64,000 bases of DNA, taken from the NCBI GenBank assembly GCA_964620875.1, contig CAZUKK010000010.1, positions 125 through 64,124 on the forward strand, given 5' to 3'. Origin of the DNA: an uncultured Clostridium sp. (GTDB taxonomy: Bacteria > Cyanobacteriota > Vampirovibrionia > Gastranaerophilales > Gastranaerophilaceae). How positions within the stretch are numbered: position 1 is the stretch's first letter; every line of letters starts with the position of its first letter. A program made the position numbers and the translations under genes. This document shows positions 53,764-62,512 of this stretch, one piece after another. The notes under the pieces are model-generated. The model was given only the letters and a program-made list of their open reading frames with translations, ran no database searches and had not been told where the DNA came from.

Positions 53764-53798
53764 TCTTACTCCGAATTAAATATTTTTCGCTATATCTT

Positions 53799-53826
53799 CT
53801 TTCGGAATATTTTTTATTAATCTTTA
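53799..53826 (-). promoter_or_regulatory. sigma-28-like promoter candidate (weaker -10)
   Basis: Minus strand reads TAAAGATT, 12 nt, TCCGAAAG. The -10 element ends 35 nt from the ATG at 53763, the same spacing as the three strong copies. Confidence 0.35.
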
Positions 53827-53840
53827 GTATAATTTCTTCT

Positions 53841-53866
53841 TATTTAAGGATAAATATCCTTAAATA
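53841..53866. promoter_or_regulatory. perfect 26-bp palindrome upstream of the 913-aa gene (candidate regulator site)
   Basis: TATTTAAGGATA-AA-TATCCTTAAATA. Confidence 0.3.
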
Positions 53867-53942
53867 ACTGGCTATAAGTGATTTTTAACCATTTAAATTT
53901 GAGTTTACATTTTGTTACAACCAATATATTGCACACTCACAA

Positions 53943-53976
53943 CAAAAAATGCTTTTGCAAAATTGCAAAAGCATTT
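53943..53976 (-). terminator. Rho-independent terminator after fabZ
   Basis: ATGCTTTTGCA-AAA-TGCAAAAGCAT, with flanking A- and T-runs. Confidence 0.75.
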
Positions 53977-53998
53977 TCTTTATATTAGTTTTAAAAAT

Positions 53999-54451
53999 TT
54001 ATTTCAACGCAAAAATCATATCAGCTTCTACGCAAACTTTACCGTCAACTCTGCCGATACCGTGAGCTTTGCAGATAGGGCCTTTTATTTTTGTCATTTC
54101 AATTTCCATTTCAAATCTATCACCCGGTCTTACAATATTTTTAAATCTAACACCGTCAACACCTGCATATAAAGCCAATTTACCTTTGTATTCAGGCATT
54201 GTCATAATGATAGGTGCAGAACATTGTGCCATAGCTTCTAATTGTAATACCCCAGGCATAATAGGATTATTAGGGAAATGACCTTGGAAAAATCCTTCAT
54301 TCATAGTCATATTTTTATAACCTTTAGCCATTTTTCCCGGAACGCATTCTGTAATTCTATCAACAAGTAAAAACGGATATCTGTGAGGAATCATATTCAT
54401 AATATCCATAATATCAAAACTTAAAACTTCTGTATTTAATTCTTCTGACAT
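53999..54451 (-). CDS. fabZ: 3-hydroxyacyl-ACP dehydratase FabZ
   Basis: IPHRYPFLLVDRI, GHFPNNPIMPGVLQLEAMAQ and a hot-dog-fold length of 150 aa. Confidence 0.9.
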   Translation of the reverse strand: MSEELNTEVLSFDIMDIMNMIPHRYPFLLVDRITECVPGKMAKGYKNMTMNEGFFQGHFPNNPIMPGVLQLEAMAQCSAPIIMTMPEYKGKLALYAGVDGVRFKNIVRPGDRFEMEIEMTKIKGPICKAHGIGRVDGKVCVEADMIFALK

Positions 54452-54461
54452 TTTTCTCTCC

Positions 54462-55280
54462 TTATATTTCTATCAACTTATCTTTTAACATCTTTGCAGT
54501 TTTAACATGAACAGCATGTCCTGCTTCTTTTGCAAGAATCTGACATCTTAGGTTAAGCGGATTTACACCTGTTAAATATAAATCACCAATCAAATCCAAT
54601 ATTTTATGTTTAATTTGCTCATTTTCAGAACGAAGATTTGTAGTATAACCGCCATCATCAGTTAAACCAACTGTATTTTCTTGAGTTACACCTTGCGCAA
54701 ACCCAAGCATCTGATATTTTTTCAAATCTCTGAAAAATCCAAATGTTCTTGCTTCAATAATTTCATATTTGTTTTTTGGATTATAATTGACAAATTTTCT
54801 TGTCAAATCCGGATGGTCGTAATTCACTGCATATGAAATAAACAGCTTATCACTTGGCAAAATTACAAGACTTGTTTTACCATTCAAATAATAAACCGGC
54901 TCTGATACGGTATAATATTTTTCTTTCGTGAAGAAAGGTCTGTTTATACCAGCTTCTTTTATCGCTTCAACCCACGCTAAAGAACTACCGTCCAAAATCG
55001 GAACTTCTTCTTCTGTCATACAGATATCAACAGAATCAATATGACAAAATGCCAAAGCCGCAGATAAATGCTCAGTTAACATTGCACGAGCCCTATTTGT
55101 TCCCATAACAACACAATGGTCGGTTGACACAACATGATCAACATCTGCAACAAAAGAATCTTTGTCTTTCACAAAATATCTTATCTTTCCGGACTTTGAA
55201 GGAAACAAAGTAATATCGCACGGTTTATTTTTCATTAAACCGTTACCTGAAAGTCTAACCTCTTTTTTTAATGTAACCAT
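54462..55280 (-). CDS. lpxC: UDP-3-O-acyl-N-acetylglucosamine deacetylase LpxC
   Basis: TEHLSAALAFCHIDSVDI...EVPILDGSSLAWVEAIKEAGI and HKILDLIGDLYL..., with the His/Asp pattern of LpxC. Confidence 0.85.
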   Translation of the reverse strand: MVTLKKEVRLSGNGLMKNKPCDITLFPSKSGKIRYFVKDKDSFVADVDHVVSTDHCVVMGTNRARAMLTEHLSAALAFCHIDSVDICMTEEEVPILDGSSLAWVEAIKEAGINRPFFTKEKYYTVSEPVYYLNGKTSLVILPSDKLFISYAVNYDHPDLTRKFVNYNPKNKYEIIEARTFGFFRDLKKYQMLGFAQGVTQENTVGLTDDGGYTTNLRSENEQIKHKILDLIGDLYLTGVNPLNLRCQILAKEAGHAVHVKTAKMLKDKLIEI

Positions 55281-56386
55281 TAATTAACTCCGGCCTCTTC
55301 TTGATGAGCTTCCTCGAATGCTTTTAACATCGGTTCAAACTTTCTAAATCTTGCAAAAATATCTTGAGCATCTTTCATTATTTTCAATTGTTTAATAAAT
55401 TCTTTTCTTGGAACAGCCGGAGCACCAACAACAATTGATTTTGCAGGGAAGCTTTTTGTAACACCTGATTGAGCAGCAATAAGTGAATCTTCACCAATTG
55501 AAATATGGTCAGCTAAACCTGCTTGACCTGCAATTACAACTCTATCTCCGATTACACAACTGCCGGCAATACCAACTTGTGAAACAATTAAACATCCTTT
55601 TCCAATTCTACAATTATGTCCAATCATTACAAGGTCATCTATTTTAGTATTATCTCCAACTATAGTATTCTCAATTGTACCTCTGTCAATTGCAGTATTT
55701 GCACCAATTTCGACATTATTACCGATTACAACAGAACCGATTGAAGGAATTTTGAAAATAACTTGTTCAACATCATTTTCTTTAACTTCACCATCTTGTC
55801 TTGCTTTTTCAATATTGTTCGGATTTTCTGTAACAAAGCTGAATCCGTCAGCTCCAAGAGATACTCCATGATGCAAAATTACATCATTTCCAACCTGTAC
55901 TCTATCACCAATATTTACAGATGGGTGGAAGAAACAGTTATTACCGATTTTTGCACCGCCACCAATATAAGAATTAGCTAAAATTTTTGTATTATCACCG
56001 ATTACAACATCTTGTGAAATAACAACATTTGGTCCGATGCAAACATTTTGACCAAGTTTTGCACTAGGGTCAACCACTGCTGTAGGGTGAATATCTTTAT
56101 TCACAACAGGCGGAACATAAAATAAGTTCAAAAGTTTCATCATTGCAAGACGAGGTCTTTCAACTTCTATAGTAGTAAATCCGTCAATTTGAACTCCAAG
56201 CGGAACTAAAGCTGCTTTTGCTTTTGAATTTGCCAAATTAGCAATTTCTTCTTCACCCAAAGCTAAAGCCAATGTATTTTCATCACTCAACAAAGGTGGT
56301 GCTATACGTGTAATTTCAGGGCTTTGAACCTTTGTTAACATTCCGCCTACAATTTGCGTAATTTCATCTACTGTAAAAGATTTCAT
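55280..56386 (-). CDS. lpxD: UDP-3-O-acylglucosamine N-acyltransferase LpxD
   Basis: The N-terminal uridine-binding region is followed by a long left-handed beta-helix of hexapeptide repeats (IGDNTKI, IGNNCFF, VGNDVIL...). The start is set at MKSFTV, which has an AAGGAG ribosome-binding site. Confidence 0.85.
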   Translation of the reverse strand: MKSFTVDEITQIVGGMLTKVQSPEITRIAPPLLSDENTLALALGEEEIANLANSKAKAALVPLGVQIDGFTTIEVERPRLAMMKLLNLFYVPPVVNKDIHPTAVVDPSAKLGQNVCIGPNVVISQDVVIGDNTKILANSYIGGGAKIGNNCFFHPSVNIGDRVQVGNDVILHHGVSLGADGFSFVTENPNNIEKARQDGEVKENDVEQVIFKIPSIGSVVIGNNVEIGANTAIDRGTIENTIVGDNTKIDDLVMIGHNCRIGKGCLIVSQVGIAGSCVIGDRVVIAGQAGLADHISIGEDSLIAAQSGVTKSFPAKSIVVGAPAVPRKEFIKQLKIMKDAQDIFARFRKFEPMLKAFEEAHQEEAGVN

Positions 56387-56500
56387 TTTATACTCCTTAT
56401 ATTCCCTACTCATCTCTTATGCACATTCTATCAAAAAAACTCGGTTTTGTCGTGTTGTTTTAACAAAAAGTAATACTATAGCAATAAATTTTGAACCTAA

Positions 56501-56971
56501 TTATGATTGTTTCATTTTTTCTATAGTATTTGTGGTAGATTTACCTTCAACAAAAGTTATAAATTCAACTTTTGTACCATTTTTTTTCATAATATCAGCT
56601 TCGGGTAATGTTTCCATTGTATAATCCGCACCTTTTGTATAAACATCCGGCTTAATTTCATCCAGCAAATCCCTCGGTGAATCTTCATCAAACAAAACGA
56701 CATAATCAACACAGGACAAAGCACAAAGGACCTCAGCTCTATCTAACTCCGTATTCACTGGGCGAGTCGGACCTTTGATTGAACGTACAGATTTATCAGA
56801 ATTTAATAACACAACGCTATAATCCCCGAAAGACTTAGTTTTTTGTAAATACCTGACATGTCCGACATGTAAAATATCAAAACATCCGTTTGTTGTTACC
56901 ACGGTTTTGCCGCTTTTTTGCAGATTGCGAACAAACTCTGCTATGTTTTCTCTCCTTAAAATTTGACCCAT
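56501..56971 (-). CDS. cytidylyltransferase-fold enzyme, D-beta-D-heptose-1-phosphate adenylyltransferase (RfaE/HldE domain II)-like
   Basis: VVTTNGCFDILHVGHVRYLQ carries the HxGH motif. VLLNSDKSVRSIKGPTRPV and YTKGADY are also present. The start is trimmed to MGQIL. Confidence 0.7.
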   Translation of the reverse strand: MGQILRRENIAEFVRNLQKSGKTVVTTNGCFDILHVGHVRYLQKTKSFGDYSVVLLNSDKSVRSIKGPTRPVNTELDRAEVLCALSCVDYVVLFDEDSPRDLLDEIKPDVYTKGADYTMETLPEADIMKKNGTKVEFITFVEGKSTTNTIEKMKQS

Positions 56972-57073
56972 AAATATCCCCTTTTTCTCAATTATATAAT
57001 AAATAAAAAATATTCCTAACATTCTAAAAAACCGCAGACAAAATCCACGGTTTTTATACGTAAATTTGAAAAA

Positions 57074-57262
57074 TTATACACCAAAAAAAGTATCCAAGTA
57101 ATCAAGCTGAAGTAAGAAACTTTCCTCATCAAAAGTATGATACTCTTTAGCATACTTGTTCAAAAATTCGTTCACTGTACTAACATCAGCAAATTCCATA
57201 ATAGATTCCTCCGACACATTATTTGTTATTAAATCATTAATTTCTAATTGGGGCATATTCAT
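57074..57262 (-). CDS. small acidic hypothetical protein
   Basis: 62 aa from the ATG, which is preceded by AAAGGAGA. No motif is recognised. Confidence 0.35.
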   Translation of the reverse strand: MNMPQLEINDLITNNVSEESIMEFADVSTVNEFLNKYAKEYHTFDEESFLLQLDYLDTFFGV

Positions 57263-57340
57263 TGTATTTCTCCTTTTTCCGAAGATATAAAGATACCTCA
57301 AAAAAATAATTGCCTGAATCTATCTATTTTTTAAGTTTTA

Positions 57341-57646
57341 TTAAGCTTTATTTTTGCGAAATAAAATTATCTGCTTAAAGGGTCTAAACATAGGATTCCA
57401 AGGCGCAAAAACCTTATATTTGGCAGACGATAAATCATTTCTGTATTCTGAAATAATCCTGTCTGCACTCTTTTCTCCAACACCGGAATTAACTCTATAT
57501 GAACTGTTTAAATTAGAATTTGCCTTGCAGTATTTCGTATATTTAATTTCTTTTTTTAATTTATGTGTAGTATTCCACCATTCAGGATTTTTAAATTTCT
57601 TTTTTCCAACCTGAATAGAACTTATCAAATTTCCAATTTTTGCCAC
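57341..57646 (-). CDS. small basic hypothetical protein (possible helix-hairpin-helix)
   Basis: GTG start with an AAGAGG ribosome-binding site directly after the asd stop. VNSGVGEKSADRIISEYR is HhH-like. Confidence 0.35.
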   Translation of the reverse strand: MAKIGNLISSIQVGKKKFKNPEWWNTTHKLKKEIKYTKYCKANSNLNSSYRVNSGVGEKSADRIISEYRNDLSSAKYKVFAPWNPMFRPFKQIILFRKNKA

Positions 57647-57659
57647 AGATACCTCTTGA

Positions 57660-58682
57660 TTAATACAATCCCATCTCAATAACTTTTTGGCAAATTCTTA
57701 CAGTATTCAATGCTGCACCAATTCTTAAATTATCAGCAACGCACCATAATGAAATTCCGTTTTCAAACGCTAAATTTTTTCTAATTCTACCGACAAATAC
57801 AGGGTCAACACCCGAAGCATCATATGTTGTCGGATATTCAAAATTATCCGGATTATCTATAACTTTTAACCCGAATGAATCTTTTAAAATTTCACGAACT
57901 TCATCAGGAGTTACCGCTTTTTCAAACTCAATATCAACAGCTTCTGAGTGTCCGTTATAAACAGGAACTCTCGCTGCAGTACAAGATATAGGTAAATTTT
58001 GCGGAAGATGCAGAATTTTTTTTGTTTCATTAACAACTTTCATTTCTTCCTTTGTATAACCGTTTTCACAGAAAACATCAATCTGCGGTAATACATTGAA
58101 AGCAATAGGTTTTTTGAATGCATCAGGAGTATAATCTTCACCTGATAATTTTGCTTTTGTATTTTCAGTCAATTCGTTAATAGCTTTCAATCCTGCACCT
58201 GAAACAGCTTGGTAGGTTGAAACAATAAGTTTTTTAATCCCAAATTTTTCATGTAACGGTTTCAAAACAAGCATCAACTGAGAAGTAGAACAATTCGGGT
58301 TAGCAATAATACCTTTATGTTTTCTCAAATCTTCATCATTAACATAAGCAATAACAAGAGGAACATCTTCTTCCATTCTAAAAGCAGAAGAATTATCAAT
58401 CAAAACTCCGCCACGTTTCACAATTTCAGGCGCAAATTTTTGAGAAGTAGACCCACCCGCAGAAGCTAAAACAATATTTACACCGTCAAAACTTTCCGGT
58501 GTTGCTTCTTCTACAGTGTATTCACGACCTTGAAATTCAAGTTTTGTACCGGCACTTTTAGCACTTGATAAAAATTTTATAGAATTAAATTCAACATTTA
58601 ATTCATCAACAATTTTAGTAATTTCTCGTCCTACAACACCTGTAGCCCCTAATATTGCTATATTTGCTTTAGCTTTTGACAT
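57660..58682 (-). CDS. asd: aspartate-semialdehyde dehydrogenase
   Basis: ILGATGVVG, IANPNCSTSQ with the active-site Cys, SGAG and the GHS..V pattern. Length is 340 aa. Confidence 0.9.
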   Translation of the reverse strand: MSKAKANIAILGATGVVGREITKIVDELNVEFNSIKFLSSAKSAGTKLEFQGREYTVEEATPESFDGVNIVLASAGGSTSQKFAPEIVKRGGVLIDNSSAFRMEEDVPLVIAYVNDEDLRKHKGIIANPNCSTSQLMLVLKPLHEKFGIKKLIVSTYQAVSGAGLKAINELTENTKAKLSGEDYTPDAFKKPIAFNVLPQIDVFCENGYTKEEMKVVNETKKILHLPQNLPISCTAARVPVYNGHSEAVDIEFEKAVTPDEVREILKDSFGLKVIDNPDNFEYPTTYDASGVDPVFVGRIRKNLAFENGISLWCVADNLRIGAALNTVRICQKVIEMGLY

Positions 58683-58869
58683 ATTTTCTCTCCTTTTGCT
58701 GTGTAAAATAAATTATACTACAACGTTAACATTAATTGTATTCATTACAATTAAAAATTAATAACTGTTTACAATCAACAACTATTTGTAGAGCTAAAAA
58801 TCCGCAAAAATTCATATAAGAAAAAGCTTCTGTATTAAACAGAAGCTTTTTACTTATTGTATTTATCTA

Positions 58870-59238
58870 TTAAAAGAATGATTTTGTACCTTTACCACCT
58901 GCATTCCAATAAGAATTACCTTGACTTCTTTGTTTTGTTTGTATTCTTACTCTCGGTTGACGTTTTGCAGGAACTGGTTTTCCTTCTGCTGCAGCATTCT
59001 GAGGTATCATATTTTCGCCTAACACCGGAGTGTACACAGCATTGGTAACTCCACTATTATTATTTACATAAACTTGAGTTCCGTTTTGAGCCGGTGCAAC
59101 TGTATATGTATACGCTTGACCTGATGGTGTTGTTGATAATACATACGGGCTCAACGGTTCTAATAATAACGGTTCTGTCGCATTTGCAGCTACTATCGAA
59201 AATGATATCATTGTTAATAGTAATAATGTTTTTTTCAT
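58870..59238 (-). CDS. secreted hypothetical protein
   Basis: Signal peptide MKKTLLLLTMISFSIVAANA. The C-terminus is basic. Confidence 0.5.
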   Translation of the reverse strand: MKKTLLLLTMISFSIVAANATEPLLLEPLSPYVLSTTPSGQAYTYTVAPAQNGTQVYVNNNSGVTNAVYTPVLGENMIPQNAAAEGKPVPAKRQPRVRIQTKQRSQGNSYWNAGGKGTKSFF

Positions 59239-59350
59239 TTAAATTACTCCTGTTATTTTCTGTTCATAATATACTTATATAACGTAATTACATAAAAAGC
59301 AAACATGAAAAAATTTGTTATATAATAATAAAACAAAAGAAAGAAAGAAA

Positions 59351-60193
59351 ATGCGCGAAAGATTACCCGAATTTTTAAAAAGACCGATAATTGATACTGA
59401 TAAAACAAGAACAGTAAGAAAAATCCTTAAAACAAACTGTCTTAACACCGTTTGCGAAAATGCAAGATGCCCTAACAAAAATGAATGTTATACAAAAAAT
59501 ACCGCAACTTTTCTTATTATGGGAAGTATATGTACAAGAAATTGCAGATATTGCAACATAACCTGCCAAAAGCCAGAACCACTTGATATAAATGAACCTA
59601 AACACATTGCAAATGCTGTAAAAGATTTAGGACTAAAATATGCTGTTATAACATCCGTTACAAGAGATGACCTGCCTGATGGCGGAGCTGAACATTTTGC
59701 AAACTGTATTTATCAAATTAGAGAACTTTGCCCTGACACAAAAATTGAAATTCTAACCCCTGATTTTAAAAACAATAAAAAATCACTTGATACTATCATT
59801 AAAGCCCATCCTGATGTATTTAACCATAATATTGAAACTGTAAGAGCAGTATTTAAAACAGCCCGTCCGCAAGGAAATTATGACAACTCACTAAAGGTTT
59901 TAAAATACATAAAGGAAAACAGCGATATTATAACAAAGTCAGGGATGATGATAGGATTAGGCGAAACTTACGAACAAATTCAAGAAACGTTATCTGATTT
60001 ACACGATGTTGACTGTAATATGGTTACAATAGGACAATATATCCAGCCATCTAAAGAACATCTTCCTGTCATAAAATATTACAAACCCGAAGAATATGAA
60101 ACATTAAAAGAACTTGCTGCATCAATCGGAATAACCCGTTATCAAATAGGACCACTTGTCAGAAGTTCATACAATGCAGCAAGCCTTGTTTAA
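59351..60193 (+). CDS. lipA: lipoyl synthase
   Basis: CENARCPNKNEC (auxiliary cluster), CTRNCRYC (radical SAM) and the C-terminal RSSY motif. The start is set at the ATG MRERLPEF. Confidence 0.9.
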   Translation: MRERLPEFLKRPIIDTDKTRTVRKILKTNCLNTVCENARCPNKNECYTKNTATFLIMGSICTRNCRYCNITCQKPEPLDINEPKHIANAVKDLGLKYAVITSVTRDDLPDGGAEHFANCIYQIRELCPDTKIEILTPDFKNNKKSLDTIIKAHPDVFNHNIETVRAVFKTARPQGNYDNSLKVLKYIKENSDIITKSGMMIGLGETYEQIQETLSDLHDVDCNMVTIGQYIQPSKEHLPVIKYYKPEEYETLKELAASIGITRYQIGPLVRSSYNAASLV

Positions 60194-60197
60194 TATA

Positions 60198-60659
60198 TTA
60201 TTTCATTTTTTGCACAATATTTTCTGTAATATCATCCCCGCCGGAAATTACCATGCCTGTGGGTAGCACAAGATTGTAATTAGATTTTTTTGCTTCTTTG
60301 GAAATAATAACCTTAATATCATCATTAATTTTTGCAATTTTTGAAGAATATTCTTTATCTATGCTTTCTCTTTTAGCAGAAATTTCTTTGCGATATTGAG
60401 CCTCTTTTTGCAATAATTTTGACCTGTCGTGTTCATTTAATAATTCATTTTGTGCCTTGGAAATAAGAGTATTCAATTCCGTTAACTCTTTTTCCTGATT
60501 ACGTTTTAAAGTTTGAACTTCTTCGGAATGTGCCAAAACTTCCGGAACATCAATCACTGCAACTTTGTATTTTGGCAAAGATACCGCCGCATCATTCATA
60601 TGATACCCTGCAAAAAACACTAATACACACGCTACCACAAACCAAAAATTATTCTTCAT
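60198..60659 (-). CDS. OmpH/Skp-like periplasmic chaperone
   Basis: Signal/anchor, then KVAVIDVPEVL, a long Lys/Glu-rich coiled region and the C-terminal YNLVL......DDIT pattern typical of Skp. Confidence 0.6.
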   Translation of the reverse strand: MKNNFWFVVACVLVFFAGYHMNDAAVSLPKYKVAVIDVPEVLAHSEEVQTLKRNQEKELTELNTLISKAQNELLNEHDRSKLLQKEAQYRKEISAKRESIDKEYSSKIAKINDDIKVIISKEAKKSNYNLVLPTGMVISGGDDITENIVQKMK

Positions 60660-60829
60660 TTAATCCTCACTTTTCTTTTTATTTATTCATAATCTATGCT
60701 AAAACTATTTTTCAAATTTATATATAAGCCAAGAGTCTATATTTACGGAGTAATAACAAAATAGAATGCCTCAGAATTACAACAAAAATTAAAACATTAT
60801 TTTTCCCCTCCAAAAAAAATTTACCCCAA

Positions 60830-60851
60830 TAAAAAATCTCCCGAAGGAGAT
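60830..60851 (-). terminator. Rho-independent terminator
   Basis: Minus strand reads ATCTCC-TTCG-GGAGAT followed by a T-run. Confidence 0.65.
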
Positions 60852-60911
60852 AAATTAAATAATAGGTAAGTAAACATAAGGAAAATTATAAAAATTTGAG
60901 AAATCTAATAT

Positions 60912-61442
60912 TTAACTAAAAATACTTCTTAAAGAGTCATTCTCTTGTGGATTTTCTTTTTTTGATTTGCCACCATTTAATAACTCGCCATTATAAAACG
61001 GATTTGAGCCTTCTTTATCTTTTGCAGTAGCTGCTGTAAAAATTTGGACAAACTGTGAAGCTGAATTAGTTTCACGAGTTTTTTGAGATTCTGTAACAAC
61101 TTCATTAACAGCAGGCATATATTTACCGTCAACCCTTTGAGTTATAGCGGCTTGAGAATTTAAATATTGAATTGATGCTAAAGTTGTTTGATTAAAATTA
61201 AATTGCAAAGAATTATTAATCGCAATCTGTCTTTGAACATTTGATTCAATTTTCCCTTGATATAAATCAATACCAAGTTCTACTGGTTTTGCAATTGAAT
61301 TAACTTGTTGAACAGATGCTGAATTAACATATTGGGAATTCTTTTGAGCCGCACGGCGTAAAATTTCATTAGATACATCTTTTAAAATTGAGGTATCAAT
61401 GCCGTTTTTGTATAATGAATTGTAATTTACATTAAGACTCAT
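60912..61442 (-). CDS. uncharacterised Gln/Asn/Ser-rich protein behind a sigma-28-type promoter
   Basis: 176-aa ORF, largely low complexity. A strong TAAAGTTT-N11-GCCGAATA promoter lies upstream. Confidence 0.55.
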   Translation of the reverse strand: MSLNVNYNSLYKNGIDTSILKDVSNEILRRAAQKNSQYVNSASVQQVNSIAKPVELGIDLYQGKIESNVQRQIAINNSLQFNFNQTTLASIQYLNSQAAITQRVDGKYMPAVNEVVTESQKTRETNSASQFVQIFTAATAKDKEGSNPFYNGELLNGGKSKKENPQENDSLRSIFS

Positions 61443-61477
61443 TAGATTTGTATCCCTTTAGTTTCCTTACAAATATA

Positions 61478-61504
61478 TATTCGGCATATATTTCTAAAAC
61501 TTTA
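61478..61504 (-). promoter_or_regulatory. sigma-28 (FliA)-type promoter
   Basis: Minus strand reads TAAAGTTT, 11 nt, GCCGAATA. The -10 element ends 35 nt upstream of the ATG at 61442. Confidence 0.6.
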
Positions 61505-61539
61505 GAAAAACAAAAGGATTTATTAACATATTGTTACAA

Positions 61540-61884
61540 ACATAATATATGTTATTTGGTTGATAATGTCTTTTTATTAATTTGCGGTAAAATTTCGACC
61601 TCCACGAAATGAGCAATAAATGTTATGCGAAACAGCAACAGAAACAAACTTGTTTGAGCGGACAAATATTTAGATTCTGAATCAAGTTCAGAATGACAGT
61701 TTAGCGAGTTGTTTGTTTTGAGTTGAGCATTACAATTTATTAGCGAATGAAGTGATGGGAGAGAGTTTCTTTCTGACCGCTTTCTTTGCGGTCAAAGAAA
61801 GCGGTCTATTAGAAGTCAAACAAATTCAACCACTTGTTTGGCAAGTGTAATCTTACATTATCAACCAAATAACATATATTATGT
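61540..61884. repeat. 345-bp element bounded by perfect 30-bp inverted repeats (MITE-like or invertible segment)
   Basis: ACATAATATATGTTATTTGGTTGATAATGT at 61540-61569 and its exact reverse complement at 61855-61884. The 285-bp interior is GC-richer and holds strong hairpins, including a 13-bp perfect stem at about 61775-61806. Confidence 0.8.
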
Positions 61885-61886
61885 AA

Positions 61887-62510
61887 CTACACCATTGATG
61901 CAATTTTTAGAGCTTGTTTTAAAATTTCTTCTGCTGATGCATCTGATGAAATTTTTGACAAAGCTTTTGTTACCGCATCATTTACTTCATCTTTACCATA
62001 TCCCAAGGACAGCATTACAAGCTGAGCATCTTCTATATTTTGAGAATTTGCTCCGCTACTAACTCTTGCAGAAGAAACCGGAGCAGAACCTTGATAGTTT
62101 GTTAATTTATCTTTTAATTCTAAAATAATCTTCTGAGCAAGCTTTGGTCCGACTCCTTTTGCCCTTGTAAGTTCCTTATAATCACCATCCAAAACAAATC
62201 CCACTAAATCAGATACTTCAAATGAATTCAAAAGAGTTAACGCCATCTTTGAACCAACTCCGGAAACAGACGTTAATATATTAAAAATATCTCTATCTTC
62301 ACGTCTCAAAAATCCACACAAACTCATTTTGTCTTCTCTGTGCAAAAGTACTGAATACATTTTAATTTCCGAATTCAATTCTGGCAAACTTGCAAAATCT
62401 CTGTCCATAATCTCAAATCTGTAGCCTACACCACCAGCTTCTACCGTTGCAAAAAGCCCTTTTGCCCCTGATGTTTTGTAAGAAAAAATCCCTTTTATAT
62501 AATCGTACAT
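61887..62510 (-). CDS. ruvA: Holliday junction DNA helicase subunit RuvA
   Basis: MYDYIKGIF...GVGYRFEI, HhH motifs LTSVSGVGSKMAL and LTRAKGVGPKLAQKI, and C-terminal domain III. Confidence 0.9.
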   Translation of the reverse strand: MYDYIKGIFSYKTSGAKGLFATVEAGGVGYRFEIMDRDFASLPELNSEIKMYSVLLHREDKMSLCGFLRREDRDIFNILTSVSGVGSKMALTLLNSFEVSDLVGFVLDGDYKELTRAKGVGPKLAQKIILELKDKLTNYQGSAPVSSARVSSGANSQNIEDAQLVMLSLGYGKDEVNDAVTKALSKISSDASAEEILKQALKIASMV

Positions 62511-62512
62511 AA

